Shown here: piece after piece, positions 1 through 8,389 of the stretch
How the letters are laid out: every line of letters begins with the position of its first letter
Position numbering within the stretch: position 1 is the first letter of the stretch
From: Blastocatellia bacterium
Lineage (GTDB): Bacteria; Acidobacteriota; Blastocatellia; UBA7656
Direction: 5' to 3'
DNA: 64,000 bases
Assembly: GCA_963726785.1 (NCBI GenBank)
Contig: CAVSDJ010000003.1
Location: 345,878-409,877, forward strand
Program-made: the position numbers and the translations under genes
Notes under the pieces: generated by a model
Seen by the model: the letters and a program-made list of their open reading frames with translations, nothing else
Databases searched by the model: none
What the model was told of the DNA's origin: nothing

Positions 1-58
1 AGTTTTTACCAGCCTTCATTTTCATAGGATAGGATTACCTGCTATAAGGAGATAGAAT

Positions 59-1042
59 ATGTTCTCCAGGAAAATATCCAAGGACAAGGCTCTTAACTTC
101 GTTTTCTCTTTACTCCTGATAGGGGGAATTGGCCTCATCTTCCAGGCAGCAAGAATCTCACAAGTAGATGCTTTTACCGGTAACGGTTGTTTCCCAAACC
201 AGCGTTGTCAAGGCAACGGAAATAACTGCGGGTTTAGGGATGATCTATATCGGCCTTTTTGTAGTAATAACTGTTTCGGGTGTCAACCTGCCCCTTGCCG
301 CTGTTATCAACGTACTGGGGCTTGTACGAAGCCTGACCCTGTCCCTGGCCCGCCACAGTATGGATATTGTTTCGAGTATTTCTGCTATCCACATGTCGTT
401 TGCCCAGAATATGTTCCAGGAGAGGGAACCTTAGCCTGCTGTCAGACATGCTTTGGCATAGGAGGCGAATGTATAGAGAACGGGCAAACCTGTGAATGTT
501 GGGGGACACCTATAGTCATAGACATACTAGGCAACGGGTTTGACTTAACAAACGCGCAAGGCGGCATCGCATTTGACCTCAGCGGTGATGGCATACCCGA
601 ACACCTTGCATGGACATCTATAAATTCTGACGACGCTCTGCTCGCGCTGGACCGCAACGGCAACGCCACGATTGATAATGGCACGGAGTTGTTCGGCAAT
701 TTCACTCCTCAACCTCAATCATCCGAGCGCAATGGCTTTATCGCGCTGGCAGAGTACGATAAACCTCAAAACGGCGGAAACAGCGATGGTGTGATTAATC
801 ACCGAGATGCGATCTTTTCATCACTCCGGCTCTGGCAGGACATCAATCACAACGGCATATCAGAGCCAAGCGAGTTATACACACTGCCAACGCTTGGGCT
901 GGCGTCAATGGACCTCGACTACAGGGTATCCAGACGCACAGACCAGCACGGCAACAAGTTTCGTTACAGGGCGAAAGTCAGAGACACGCGCGGCGCTCAA
1001 CTTGGCAGGTGGGCGTGGGACGTATTCTTCGCGCATCAGTAG
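59..1042 (+). CDS. Secreted Cys-rich protein with conserved C-terminal Ca-binding (EF-hand/dockerin-like loop) module; paralog 1 of 3 in window
   Basis: 327-aa ORF with GGAG upstream of the ATG. Basic N-terminus plus hydrophobic stretch ending VDA (signal-peptide-like). 18 Cys within ~112 aa. The tail from ~nt 506 ([50 protein letters not shown]) is ~74% identical (hand alignment, 178 aa) to the tail of 56684..57772 and similarly close to that of 58878..60173. Confidence 0.75.
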   Translation: MFSRKISKDKALNFVFSLLLIGGIGLIFQAARISQVDAFTGNGCFPNQRCQGNGNNCGFRDDLYRPFCSNNCFGCQPAPCRCYQRTGACTKPDPVPGPPQYGYCFEYFCYPHVVCPEYVPGEGTLACCQTCFGIGGECIENGQTCECWGTPIVIDILGNGFDLTNAQGGIAFDLSGDGIPEHLAWTSINSDDALLALDRNGNATIDNGTELFGNFTPQPQSSERNGFIALAEYDKPQNGGNSDGVINHRDAIFSSLRLWQDINHNGISEPSELYTLPTLGLASMDLDYRVSRRTDQHGNKFRYRAKVRDTRGAQLGRWAWDVFFAHQ

Positions 1043-1067
1043 GGTTGTAATGACCTGAACCTTGAAA

Positions 1068-1110
1068 CGGCCAGCGGACCTTCCGAGATTCGCTGGCCGA
1101 TTTGTTTTCT
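1068..1110 (+). terminator. Rho-independent terminator candidate after 59..1042
   Basis: cggccagcg (1068..1076) pairs with cgctggccg (1091..1099) around a 14-nt loop, followed by atttgttttct. Confidence 0.6.
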
Positions 1111-1151
1111 CGACGATTACTACATCGCCTGCGGCTTAAAACAAGCTCCGT

Positions 1152-1180
1152 TTGAAGCCCGACTGCGCGCGTGGTAGAAT
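1152..1180 (+). promoter_or_regulatory. Sigma-70-type promoter candidate (extended -10) for the aminotransferase gene
   Basis: TTGAAG (1152..1157), 17-nt spacer, TAGAAT (1175..1180) preceded by TGg. Leaves a ~165-nt leader. Confidence 0.4.
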
Positions 1181-1350
1181 CTCATCAAGTTATTTGGGGG
1201 ATAATTGAGATGAAACAACTAACAACACGCGCTCCGCGTGAAAACCGCAGAGACCTCTTCGCCGATTAACTCCCCTTTTTGTCGCGCGACCACACAGGCG
1301 GGCTACTGGCCTGCGAACGATCTTCTATTCAGTTAAGTCGTGGAGGTTTT

Positions 1351-2697
1351 ATGCAAACTATTACAAAAACGAATCTGCCTGAAATAAAAACGGCTCTGCC
1401 CGGCCCGAAGGCCAAACAGATGCTTGAACGCGATGAGAAATTCATCTCGCCCAGCTACACGCGAAGCTACCCGCTCGTGATGAAGCGCGGTTACGGCGCG
1501 ATGATCGAAGACGTGGACGGCAACGTCTTTCTGGATTTCAACGCGGGCGTTGCGGTCTGCGCGCTCGGACACGCTCACCCGGAAATAGCCGAAGTGATCG
1601 CGAAACAAGCCAGCGAGTTCACACACATCTCCGGCACGGATTATTACTACCCGCATCAGACCGCGCTTGCAGAAAAATTAATCGAAGTGACGCCGGGCGA
1701 TTTCGCCAAGAAAGTTCACTACGGCAATTCCGGCGCAGAAGCTATGGAAGCCGCGCTCAAAGCCGCTATCTATTCGACCGGACGCCAAAAGTTCATCGCG
1801 TTTCGCGGAGCCTTTCACGGTCGCACGTTCGGTACGCTGTCGCTTACCGCGTCAAAGTTCACGCAGCGCAAGGGCTTCGGCCCGCAGGCGCTCGACGTGA
1901 CGCACGTGCCTTATGCGAACCCGATTCGATTCCCGCTTGAGCGGCGCGCGGGCGAAAGCATTGGGCTTCGTGTTGCCCGCTACATCGAGCAGACCATATT
2001 CAGAACAACCGTTCCGCCCGATGATTGCGCAGCCATCGTAGTCGAGCCCGTGCAGGGCGAAGGCGGATACGTAGTTCCTGACGCAGATTTCCTGCCCGAA
2101 CTTCGCCGCATCTGTGATGAACACGGCATAGTGCTCATCGTTGACGAAGTGCAATCGGGCGTTGGCCGCACAGGAAAGCTCTGGGCCATCGAGCACTTCG
2201 GCGTCACGCCGGACATCATCTGCATGGCGAAAGCGATTGGCGGCGGCATTCCGCTCGGCGTTACTCTTGCGCGCGAAGATTTGATGCGATGGCATGTGGG
2301 CGCGCACGCTTCGACGTTCGGCGGCAACCCTGTTGCAATTGCTGCGGCGTTGAAGACGCTTGAACTGATCGAAAACGGCGTTATGCAAAATGCTGCGGAG
2401 ATCGGCTCTTATATAATGGACCGATTGCGCGAACTCAAGGAAAAGCACGAAATCATTGCCGACGTGCGAGGGCTTGGGTTGATGATAGGAATTGAGATAG
2501 TGCGCGACCGCGAGACGATGGAGCCGTGGGCAGACCTCAGAGATAATGTCGTGCTCGAATGCTTCAATCGCGGCCTGATACTTCAAGGAGCGGGCGAATC
2601 AGCGATTCGTTTCTCGCCTCCTTTGATCATAGACCGCGAACAAGCTGACTTTGCGATAGACACGCTTGAAGCGGCAATCGAGCAATCAATGAAATAG
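1351..2697 (+). CDS. Class-III PLP-dependent aminotransferase (4-aminobutyrate / acetylornithine aminotransferase type)
   Basis: Part of ORF 1279..2697. ATG at 1351 is preceded by GGAGG. Motifs: GNSGAEAMEAALK, DEVQSGVGRTGKLWA, ICMAKAIGGG (PLP lysine context), STFGGNP. Confidence 0.85.
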   Translation: MQTITKTNLPEIKTALPGPKAKQMLERDEKFISPSYTRSYPLVMKRGYGAMIEDVDGNVFLDFNAGVAVCALGHAHPEIAEVIAKQASEFTHISGTDYYYPHQTALAEKLIEVTPGDFAKKVHYGNSGAEAMEAALKAAIYSTGRQKFIAFRGAFHGRTFGTLSLTASKFTQRKGFGPQALDVTHVPYANPIRFPLERRAGESIGLRVARYIEQTIFRTTVPPDDCAAIVVEPVQGEGGYVVPDADFLPELRRICDEHGIVLIVDEVQSGVGRTGKLWAIEHFGVTPDIICMAKAIGGGIPLGVTLAREDLMRWHVGAHASTFGGNPVAIAAALKTLELIENGVMQNAAEIGSYIMDRLRELKEKHEIIADVRGLGLMIGIEIVRDRETMEPWADLRDNVVLECFNRGLILQGAGESAIRFSPPLIIDREQADFAIDTLEAAIEQSMK

Positions 2698-2713
2698 ATT
2701 TTAGAGGCCGGTG

Positions 2714-2752
2714 AATCTGAGATTTCAAATTTGAGATTTGAAATCTCAGATT
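2714..2752. terminator. Bidirectional hairpin between convergent genes (palindrome family A core atttcaaat/atttgaaat)
   Basis: aatctgagatttcaaat (2714..2730) is the perfect reverse complement of atttgaaatctcagatt (2736..2752), with a 5-nt loop. It overlaps the ymdB stop codon. Confidence 0.65.
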
Positions 2753-3533
2753 ATTCTTCCTTGACCTGCAACCGCTCGATGCCGACGGCCTTTCCTGTTC
2801 GCTCGTCAATATCGACGACCACTCCGCACAATCGCGCATCGCCTGTTGCCGTTTCAAACCGAGTCGGCATCCCGCGCAGGAAGCGATTGATGACCAGGTG
2901 CGATTCGACTCCGATAATGCTGTCATAAGGGCCGGTCATCCCTAAGTCTGTTATGTAAGCCGTACCGCCGGGCAGCACCTGTTCGTCTGCCGTTTGAACA
3001 TGCGTGTGTGTACCCACGACTACAGAAACGCGGCCATCCAGATAGCGCCCCATCGCCTGTTTTTCAGAAGTCGCTTCGGCGTGATGGTCAACGATGATTA
3101 CAGACGCGCGATTGCCTATCTCTGCAATGAGACGGTCAGCGGTTTTGAAAGGGCAATCCGTAGGAGGCATAAAGACACGGCCTTGAACGTTAATTACGGC
3201 AACAGGCGTGCCCGATTGCGTAGAGCCTAGCCAGACGCCGCGACCCGGCGTATCCGAAGCGTAGTTGGCCGGACGGAGCAATCGCGGCTCGTTTTCTATG
3301 TACTTGATTACATCTTTTTTGTCATAGATGTGATTGCCCGAAGTCATCACATCAACGCCCGCGCCCAGAATCTCGTCGCCGACGCGAGGCACTATGCCCG
3401 CGCCTTCGGCTGCATTCTCGGCGTTAGCCACAACGAACTCGGCTTCGTGCTGCTCTTTCAATCTCTTCAATGACGCCAACAGCGCCTTGCGACCAGGCTT
3501 GCCAACAATGTCGCCTATGACAATGACTTTCAT
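2751..3533 (-). CDS. ymdB: YmdB-type metallophosphoesterase (2',3'-cyclic-nucleotide phosphodiesterase family, TIGR00282-like)
   Basis: ORF 2751..3557. Likely start is MKVIVIGDIVGKPGR at 3533, preceded by GAGGGAGG. Collinear with B. subtilis YmdB motifs (GNH, DFHAEATSEK-like DHHAEATSEK, GTHTHVQTAD, TDLGMTGP). Confidence 0.85.
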   Translation of the reverse strand: MKVIVIGDIVGKPGRKALLASLKRLKEQHEAEFVVANAENAAEGAGIVPRVGDEILGAGVDVMTSGNHIYDKKDVIKYIENEPRLLRPANYASDTPGRGVWLGSTQSGTPVAVINVQGRVFMPPTDCPFKTADRLIAEIGNRASVIIVDHHAEATSEKQAMGRYLDGRVSVVVGTHTHVQTADEQVLPGGTAYITDLGMTGPYDSIIGVESHLVINRFLRGMPTRFETATGDARLCGVVVDIDERTGKAVGIERLQVKEE

Positions 3534-3610
3534 CCAGCCTCCCTCATTGATATTCAATTAAAGCACATAACTGACGGGCAAGACTACGGGGGCGTTCATC
3601 GCGGCTTGAT

Positions 3611-3638
3611 TTGATGGCTCCGACGCAGATGTTATAAT
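3611..3638 (+). promoter_or_regulatory. Sigma-70-type promoter candidate (extended -10)
   Basis: TTGATG (3611..3616), 16-nt spacer, TATAAT (3633..3638) preceded by TGt. Lies 46 nt upstream of ATG 3684. Confidence 0.45.
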
Positions 3639-3683
3639 GCCTGACCGGGACGGTCCTATCACTCATCAAGAAGAGACGATTTT

Positions 3684-4340
3684 ATGCAACGAAAATTAGC
3701 TTGTTTAATTGCGATAGCGTTATTGGTTGGCTTATTCAGCATTGATGTTTCGGCTGGGAAGAAATCGCGCAGCGGCAAGCGCGGCTCTTCTCAAACGCGA
3801 GCCAAAAAAGATTCGCGCAGCAAGACGTCTCGCGGCAAGCCGTCTCGCGGTCGCGTAGCTCGCAGTGAGCGCCGTGGGCGCGGGCAAAAAAATTTATCGC
3901 GGCGTGAAAGAAGAGAACTGGCGCGCGGCAACGGGCGCGGGCTTGTGCGCGAAAGAGTCGTTGTTCGAGGCAGGCACGGACGCCGCCTTGTCCGCTATCG
4001 TTACGTAAGACGCGCGGAGCCGGAAACGACCGCCGCCGCGCCTCGGCCCGCTCCGCCTCGACCAACTGGCAGCGGCATTCCGACAGAGCGCGTGACTGAG
4101 ATTCAAAATGCGCTGATTAAAGCCGGTTATATGGAAGGCCCGGCTTCCGGTCAATACGATGACAGTACCATTCAGGCGATGAAGCAATTTCAGTCCGCCA
4201 ACAGGCTTTCAAAGTCGGGGATGCCGTCAGCTTCCACGCTCAAGAAACTAGGCGTTTCCAAACGCAGCAACGACGGTTACGCGATGCCTGTCAATCGCAT
4301 CAGCGAGAATGATAAGAAAAAGCCTTCGCCTGTGCCTTAG
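3684..4340 (+). CDS. Secreted peptidoglycan-binding-domain protein with Arg/Lys/Ser-rich low-complexity region
   Basis: Signal peptide MQRKLACLIAIALLVGLFSIDVSA. C-terminal PG_binding_1-like segment IQNALIKAGYMEGPASGQYDDSTIQAMKQFQSANRLSKSG. Confidence 0.7.
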   Translation: MQRKLACLIAIALLVGLFSIDVSAGKKSRSGKRGSSQTRAKKDSRSKTSRGKPSRGRVARSERRGRGQKNLSRRERRELARGNGRGLVRERVVVRGRHGRRLVRYRYVRRAEPETTAAAPRPAPPRPTGSGIPTERVTEIQNALIKAGYMEGPASGQYDDSTIQAMKQFQSANRLSKSGMPSASTLKKLGVSKRSNDGYAMPVNRISENDKKKPSPVP

Positions 4341-4550
4341 GTTTGCGCCCCGGTTCGGCAAGCGAATAATAAAAAAATATAAATAATTGTCCCGTATCTT
4401 TTTTATTGCCCTTTCGCAATCCGAATCGCTGCGATATAATGCGATCATCCCATAATCAGGAAATGTAACCGATCAAAGAATCGGTCGAGTTGTTTGCAGG
4501 TGATGGTATCCCTCAGTCCATAGACCCTGAGACGTAAGGTTGTATCGAAT

Positions 4551-4745
4551 ATGCCAGAAGACTATTTCAAAGAGCGATTGCGCGCTCAAGAAGACGAGAT
4601 AAAATCTCTTCGCGCGATATTCGAAGTGGCGCGTCAGCGTGGCAACAAAAAGCTGATGGGTATTTCGCGCAAGCGATTGGAATTGGCTCTTCGCCTGCGC
4701 GAAATGTATCGCCGAATGCTTAATCGCGAAGGCGCTTCCGTCTAA
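4551..4745 (+). CDS. Small hypothetical helical protein
   Basis: 64-aa ORF in an otherwise empty intergenic stretch. Weak RBS and no recognisable family. Confidence 0.3.
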   Translation: MPEDYFKERLRAQEDEIKSLRAIFEVARQRGNKKLMGISRKRLELALRLREMYRRMLNREGASV

Positions 4746-4834
4746 TTGGCGCGGCTCGCAATCCGAAATTCAAAATCACGACTCAGCCTCGTAAGGGCGA
4801 CCTGTGATTGAAATAGGTTGCTCAATAAAGAGAT

Positions 4835-4929
4835 TTCACCGCAGAGACGCAGAGAACGCAGAGGGGGCGCAGAGATGAAATGTTGTTTCCTCTGCGTAAT
4901 CTCTGCGTTCTCTGCGTCTCTGCGGTGAA
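4835..4929. repeat. Palindromic intergenic element, family B (ttcaccgcagagacgcagag...)
   Basis: The 29-nt left arm ttcaccgcagagacgcagagaacgcagag is the exact reverse complement of 4901..4929. A second copy of the family lies at 25685..25777. Sits just downstream of the TonB-dependent receptor stop. Confidence 0.85.
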
Positions 4930-4960
4930 TAGGCTTCTTTTCAAAACTTCTGCTAACGTC

Positions 4961-7378
4961 TTACTTCCCGCCTCCGATTCTCACGCGCAGACCTGCGCTG
5001 AAATTCAAGCGATAAGCAGGAAAGCCTATTATTTCCTGATAGTCTTGATTGAGCAGATTCTCTACGCGCGCGAACAATGTCAAAAATCTGCTGACATGAA
5101 CCGAGCCGGATCCATTCAATTTCGCATAGCCGTCGTTGAAGACCGGCCTGCCCGATAGATCGAATTTTGCGAACGGAAAAGGAGTGAAGTCGCGCCGACG
5201 CCCTACAAGCGAACCGTCAAACACAAGATCGAATCGCTTATCAATCCAGCTAACGTAAAACGTCCCGGAATGCTTCGGCCTTCTGAGCAGCGGCAGCCCA
5301 AGCTCAGGATTAGGAACTAACACAGGCTCGAAGGTCGGCGGCGGAAAATCCAATATGTCAGCCGCGCGATCAAGCCGCGAGCGCAGGTAAGTGTAGCTGC
5401 CCGTCAGATGCAACCGAGATAGTGGACCTGCCGGTCTCGCGCTTGCAATCAATTCAATGCCGCGCCCCGATGCTCGATCAGTGTTGATGAAGTTCGTCAG
5501 CACTCCATTAGGCAGTTGTACGGGGCCGAAGGTCGTCGTTGATGCAAAGGTGATCAGGTCGCGAAATCGGTTGTCATAGTAAGTCAGTTCCAGACTGAGC
5601 CTGCGATCAAAGAACTCCTGCACAATGCCTGCGTCAAAGCTAATGTTGCGCTCAGGGTTAAGTCCGGGATTGCCCAGAGCGAATAAGCTCGGGCCGAATG
5701 CTTCGTCAAGCGTAGGCTCTTTGATGCCTGTGCCGAAGCTCGCTTTGAATCTGGTAGCCCCAACCGCCTGCGCGCTGTGGCGATGCGCCAACAACGAGAC
5801 GGCGATTTTCGGATTCGCGTGCCATCCGAATCCAATATCGCCGGATGGCACGCTCGACCCCAAAGACTCCAAGACTCTCCTTAAATCGTCAGGCACGCTG
5901 CCCGTGTTGTGTTCGATGCGAACGCCTGCCGTTATAAACACACGCTCGCCGAAAGCCGTCTGATCTTGAACGTACAGGCCGAGATTGTTTCTGTCAGGCG
6001 AGACGCGGCTGTTAGAGAAAGCGTCAACACTCGTAAAGACAGCCGCTTCGTGCTCGAAATCTATTCCCGCAGTCAAGAGGTTCGAGTTATTGAGCGCGGC
6101 TACGGCCTGGTAATGAACGCCACTGCGTTTCTCGTGGTCTATGAACGTCAAAACAGAATCCACGAAAGAGCCGGGCGGAAGCGGCGGTGTGCCGGGTTGT
6201 GTCAGGTCTTGCGCGTTTCGATCAAAGCTATTCGTATCCAGTTCCGAGTAGATGAATCGCGCTATTTGGTGAAAGCCGCTGGTTGTCTTCAAGTTTAGCG
6301 TAGCCGCAAGTGACAGATCGTGATGCTTCTGCCGTTGATCATCGGCAAACAGTATGGCAGTCGGGCCGGGAACTCCGAGCGTCGAGTTGTTCCAGCGCGA
6401 AGTGATTCTCAAATCTGTGCTCGGAGCAAGTTGAAAACCGAGATTGGCAGAGGCCGACCGGTTGAGATAATCACTGTTCGTAAAACGCCCGTCGGTCTTG
6501 TAATAGCCGAAGCTTGTCGAGTAATCGAACCAGCGAGCCAGTCCCGATAGTCGCGCCGTTTCACGATGAGAAGCGAAGCTGCCTCCCTCGCCTGACAGTT
6601 CAAATTCCGGTGTGGAAGTCGAGCCGCGATGCGTGATGAGTTGAATAGTGCTCGTCATCGCATCCGAGCCGAACAGCGCGCCCTGCGAGCCTCGCACAAC
6701 CTCTATGCGCTCGACGTTTTCGGTTGTGAGAAATGCAAAATCGAAGCCTCCGCCCGCGCGATTGACCGGCACGCCGTCAATCAAAACCTTGTTGTAATCC
6801 GATTCGCCGCCGCGCGTAAATATCGAAGTTATTCCTCCGCGTCCGCCCGTTTGAGCAACAGAAAGTCCGGGAATCAAACGCAGAGATTCGGAAACTGTTA
6901 TTTGATTCGCGCGAGTCAAATCTTCGCTTGTGATGACAGAGACAGAGCCGCCGAGTTCGTTGGCAGGCGTCGCAGTCCGCGTCGCTGTGATTATCACCTG
7001 ATCCGAGATTGCTGCTACATCCAGGCGCGCGGCGACGGTTTCAGTCGCCCCTTCGCGGACATCAACATCGATCTCGTTTGATTGAGTGAACCCTGTCGCT
7101 TCAACCGTCATCGTGTAACGGCCCGGCGCAACATCGGTGATTTTGAATTGCCCTTCGCCGTCCGCACGCGTTTGATAATTGGTGGCTCCCGCACGGTCGC
7201 GCAACGTGATGCGCGCGCCGACTATCTTATCGCCCGAAGGGTCAGTCACGCTTCCTTCGATGCGCCCGCGATCTGCGGCGATTGCGATTGACGCGAGACT
7301 GAGAATGGATATGAACGCTAAAGCGAAGGCAACCGAGCGAGGCTTGTACGACAAGCTTGTTGAAAAAAGTTTGAACAT
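4961..7378 (-). CDS. TonB-dependent receptor with N-terminal CarboxypepD_reg-like domain; B12-riboswitch controlled (BtuB-like role inferred)
   Basis: 805 aa with a signal peptide. Has GRIEGSVTDPSGDKIVGARITL (carboxypeptidase-regulatory fold), a plug (ITATR..VSVITSEDL) and a C-terminal beta-barrel ending ...NFSAGLRVRIGGGK. RBS AAGGAG. Cobalamin riboswitch immediately upstream. Confidence 0.85.
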   Translation of the reverse strand: MFKLFSTSLSYKPRSVAFALAFISILSLASIAIAADRGRIEGSVTDPSGDKIVGARITLRDRAGATNYQTRADGEGQFKITDVAPGRYTMTVEATGFTQSNEIDVDVREGATETVAARLDVAAISDQVIITATRTATPANELGGSVSVITSEDLTRANQITVSESLRLIPGLSVAQTGGRGGITSIFTRGGESDYNKVLIDGVPVNRAGGGFDFAFLTTENVERIEVVRGSQGALFGSDAMTSTIQLITHRGSTSTPEFELSGEGGSFASHRETARLSGLARWFDYSTSFGYYKTDGRFTNSDYLNRSASANLGFQLAPSTDLRITSRWNNSTLGVPGPTAILFADDQRQKHHDLSLAATLNLKTTSGFHQIARFIYSELDTNSFDRNAQDLTQPGTPPLPPGSFVDSVLTFIDHEKRSGVHYQAVAALNNSNLLTAGIDFEHEAAVFTSVDAFSNSRVSPDRNNLGLYVQDQTAFGERVFITAGVRIEHNTGSVPDDLRRVLESLGSSVPSGDIGFGWHANPKIAVSLLAHRHSAQAVGATRFKASFGTGIKEPTLDEAFGPSLFALGNPGLNPERNISFDAGIVQEFFDRRLSLELTYYDNRFRDLITFASTTTFGPVQLPNGVLTNFINTDRASGRGIELIASARPAGPLSRLHLTGSYTYLRSRLDRAADILDFPPPTFEPVLVPNPELGLPLLRRPKHSGTFYVSWIDKRFDLVFDGSLVGRRRDFTPFPFAKFDLSGRPVFNDGYAKLNGSGSVHVSRFLTLFARVENLLNQDYQEIIGFPAYRLNFSAGLRVRIGGGK

Positions 7379-7399
7379 GAAAATCTCCTTTCCGCGAAA

Positions 7400-7588
7400 G
7401 AGTTATTCCTTCAGATCGCCGCCCGGGTCTCCTGACTTAGCGCCCTTTGAAATTTCAAATCTCAAATTTGAAATGTCTACGCCGACGCCTTCCCACCTTT
7501 CGAGGCAGTGGCATTAGAGTCGGTTTCGTTGCGCATCACAGTTGCGGGACAGTAGCGGATTTTCACCGCCTTCCCCGCGCAACAATCC
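7400..7588 (-). promoter_or_regulatory. Cobalamin riboswitch 1 (upstream of the TonB-dependent receptor)
   Basis: The minus strand reads GGGAAGGCGGTGAAAATCCGCTACTGTCCCGCAACTGTGA, then GCCACTG, then the B12 box AGTCAGGAGACCCGGGC (plus-strand 7422..7437), then the RBS and ATG. Confidence 0.85.
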
Positions 7589-7607
7589 AGATTTGCAAAC
7601 AGCAAGG

Positions 7608-8378
7608 TTAATTTCTTATAAGCGTGACGCGAGGCGCGCCGCTCGAAGGATTTGCGTCAACCATCAAGTTCGCTTCAAACGCTTCTCGCAAACGGCTCTC
7701 GGTCATGACTTCGCGCGTCGAGCCGTATACAAGCATCTCGCCCGATTTCAACAGCAAGGCGTGCGTCGCAAACTCTGCCGCAAGATTCAACTCGTGCGTT
7801 ACTACGATGGCCGATATCGCGGTAGTCGCCGTAAGACTTTTCACAAGCTCAAGCATCTTTACCTGATGCGCGATGTCGAGATTCGCAACCGGCTCATCGA
7901 GAATCAGCAATCGCGGACCTGATGCAAGCGCGCGCGCGAGCATAACGCGCTGTCGCTCGCCGCCTGATAGTTCCGTGATGAAGCGATGGGCGAACTCTGT
8001 AGTCTCGGTCAATTCCATCGCGCGCATTGCTTCACTCAGGTCCGCGTCGCTCTCAAAACCGATCAAGCGGCCTTGCGCAAAGCGGCCTTGAAGCACGAAC
8101 TCCATAGCCGTGAGCGGGAATCTCACGGAAGATTCTTGAGCGACATATCCGATCAAACGCGCGCGGTCGCGTCGCGGCATCAATGACAGGTTGCGATCAT
8201 CAAACATCACGCTTCCGCTCGTCGGTCGCAGTATGCCAACAATGATTTTGAGCAAAGTGCTTTTGCCCGCGCCGTTCGGGCCGAGCACGGCAAACAACTC
8301 GCCGTTACCCACATCGAACGACAGCCCCTCAAGCACAGGCTTCGCGTAGCCAAATCTGATCTCTTTTACTTGAAGCAT
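7608..8378 (-). CDS. ABC transporter ATP-binding protein, BtuD/FecE type
   Basis: Walker A GPNGAGKSTLL, signature LSGGERQRVMLARAL, Walker B LILDEPVANLD. Adjacent to a FecCD permease. Confidence 0.85.
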   Translation of the reverse strand: MLQVKEIRFGYAKPVLEGLSFDVGNGELFAVLGPNGAGKSTLLKIIVGILRPTSGSVMFDDRNLSLMPRRDRARLIGYVAQESSVRFPLTAMEFVLQGRFAQGRLIGFESDADLSEAMRAMELTETTEFAHRFITELSGGERQRVMLARALASGPRLLILDEPVANLDIAHQVKMLELVKSLTATTAISAIVVTHELNLAAEFATHALLLKSGEMLVYGSTREVMTESRLREAFEANLMVDANPSSGAPRVTLIRN

Positions 8379-8389
8379 CTTTGCTTATT

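Noticed and set aside
1852-2586. Long antisense ORFs inside well-supported genes (also 32489..33112, 38453..39091, 33947..34522, 36272..36853, 43648..44061 and others in the track)
   Set aside because: These are typical GC-rich shadow ORFs. They have no RBS, low-complexity Arg/Ala-rich translations, and fully overlap genes with clear family motifs on the other strand.
4880-5158. 92-aa ORF spanning the family-B palindrome and the 3' end of the receptor gene
   Set aside because: It starts inside a repeat hairpin, runs antisense to the TonB-dependent receptor, and has no RBS.
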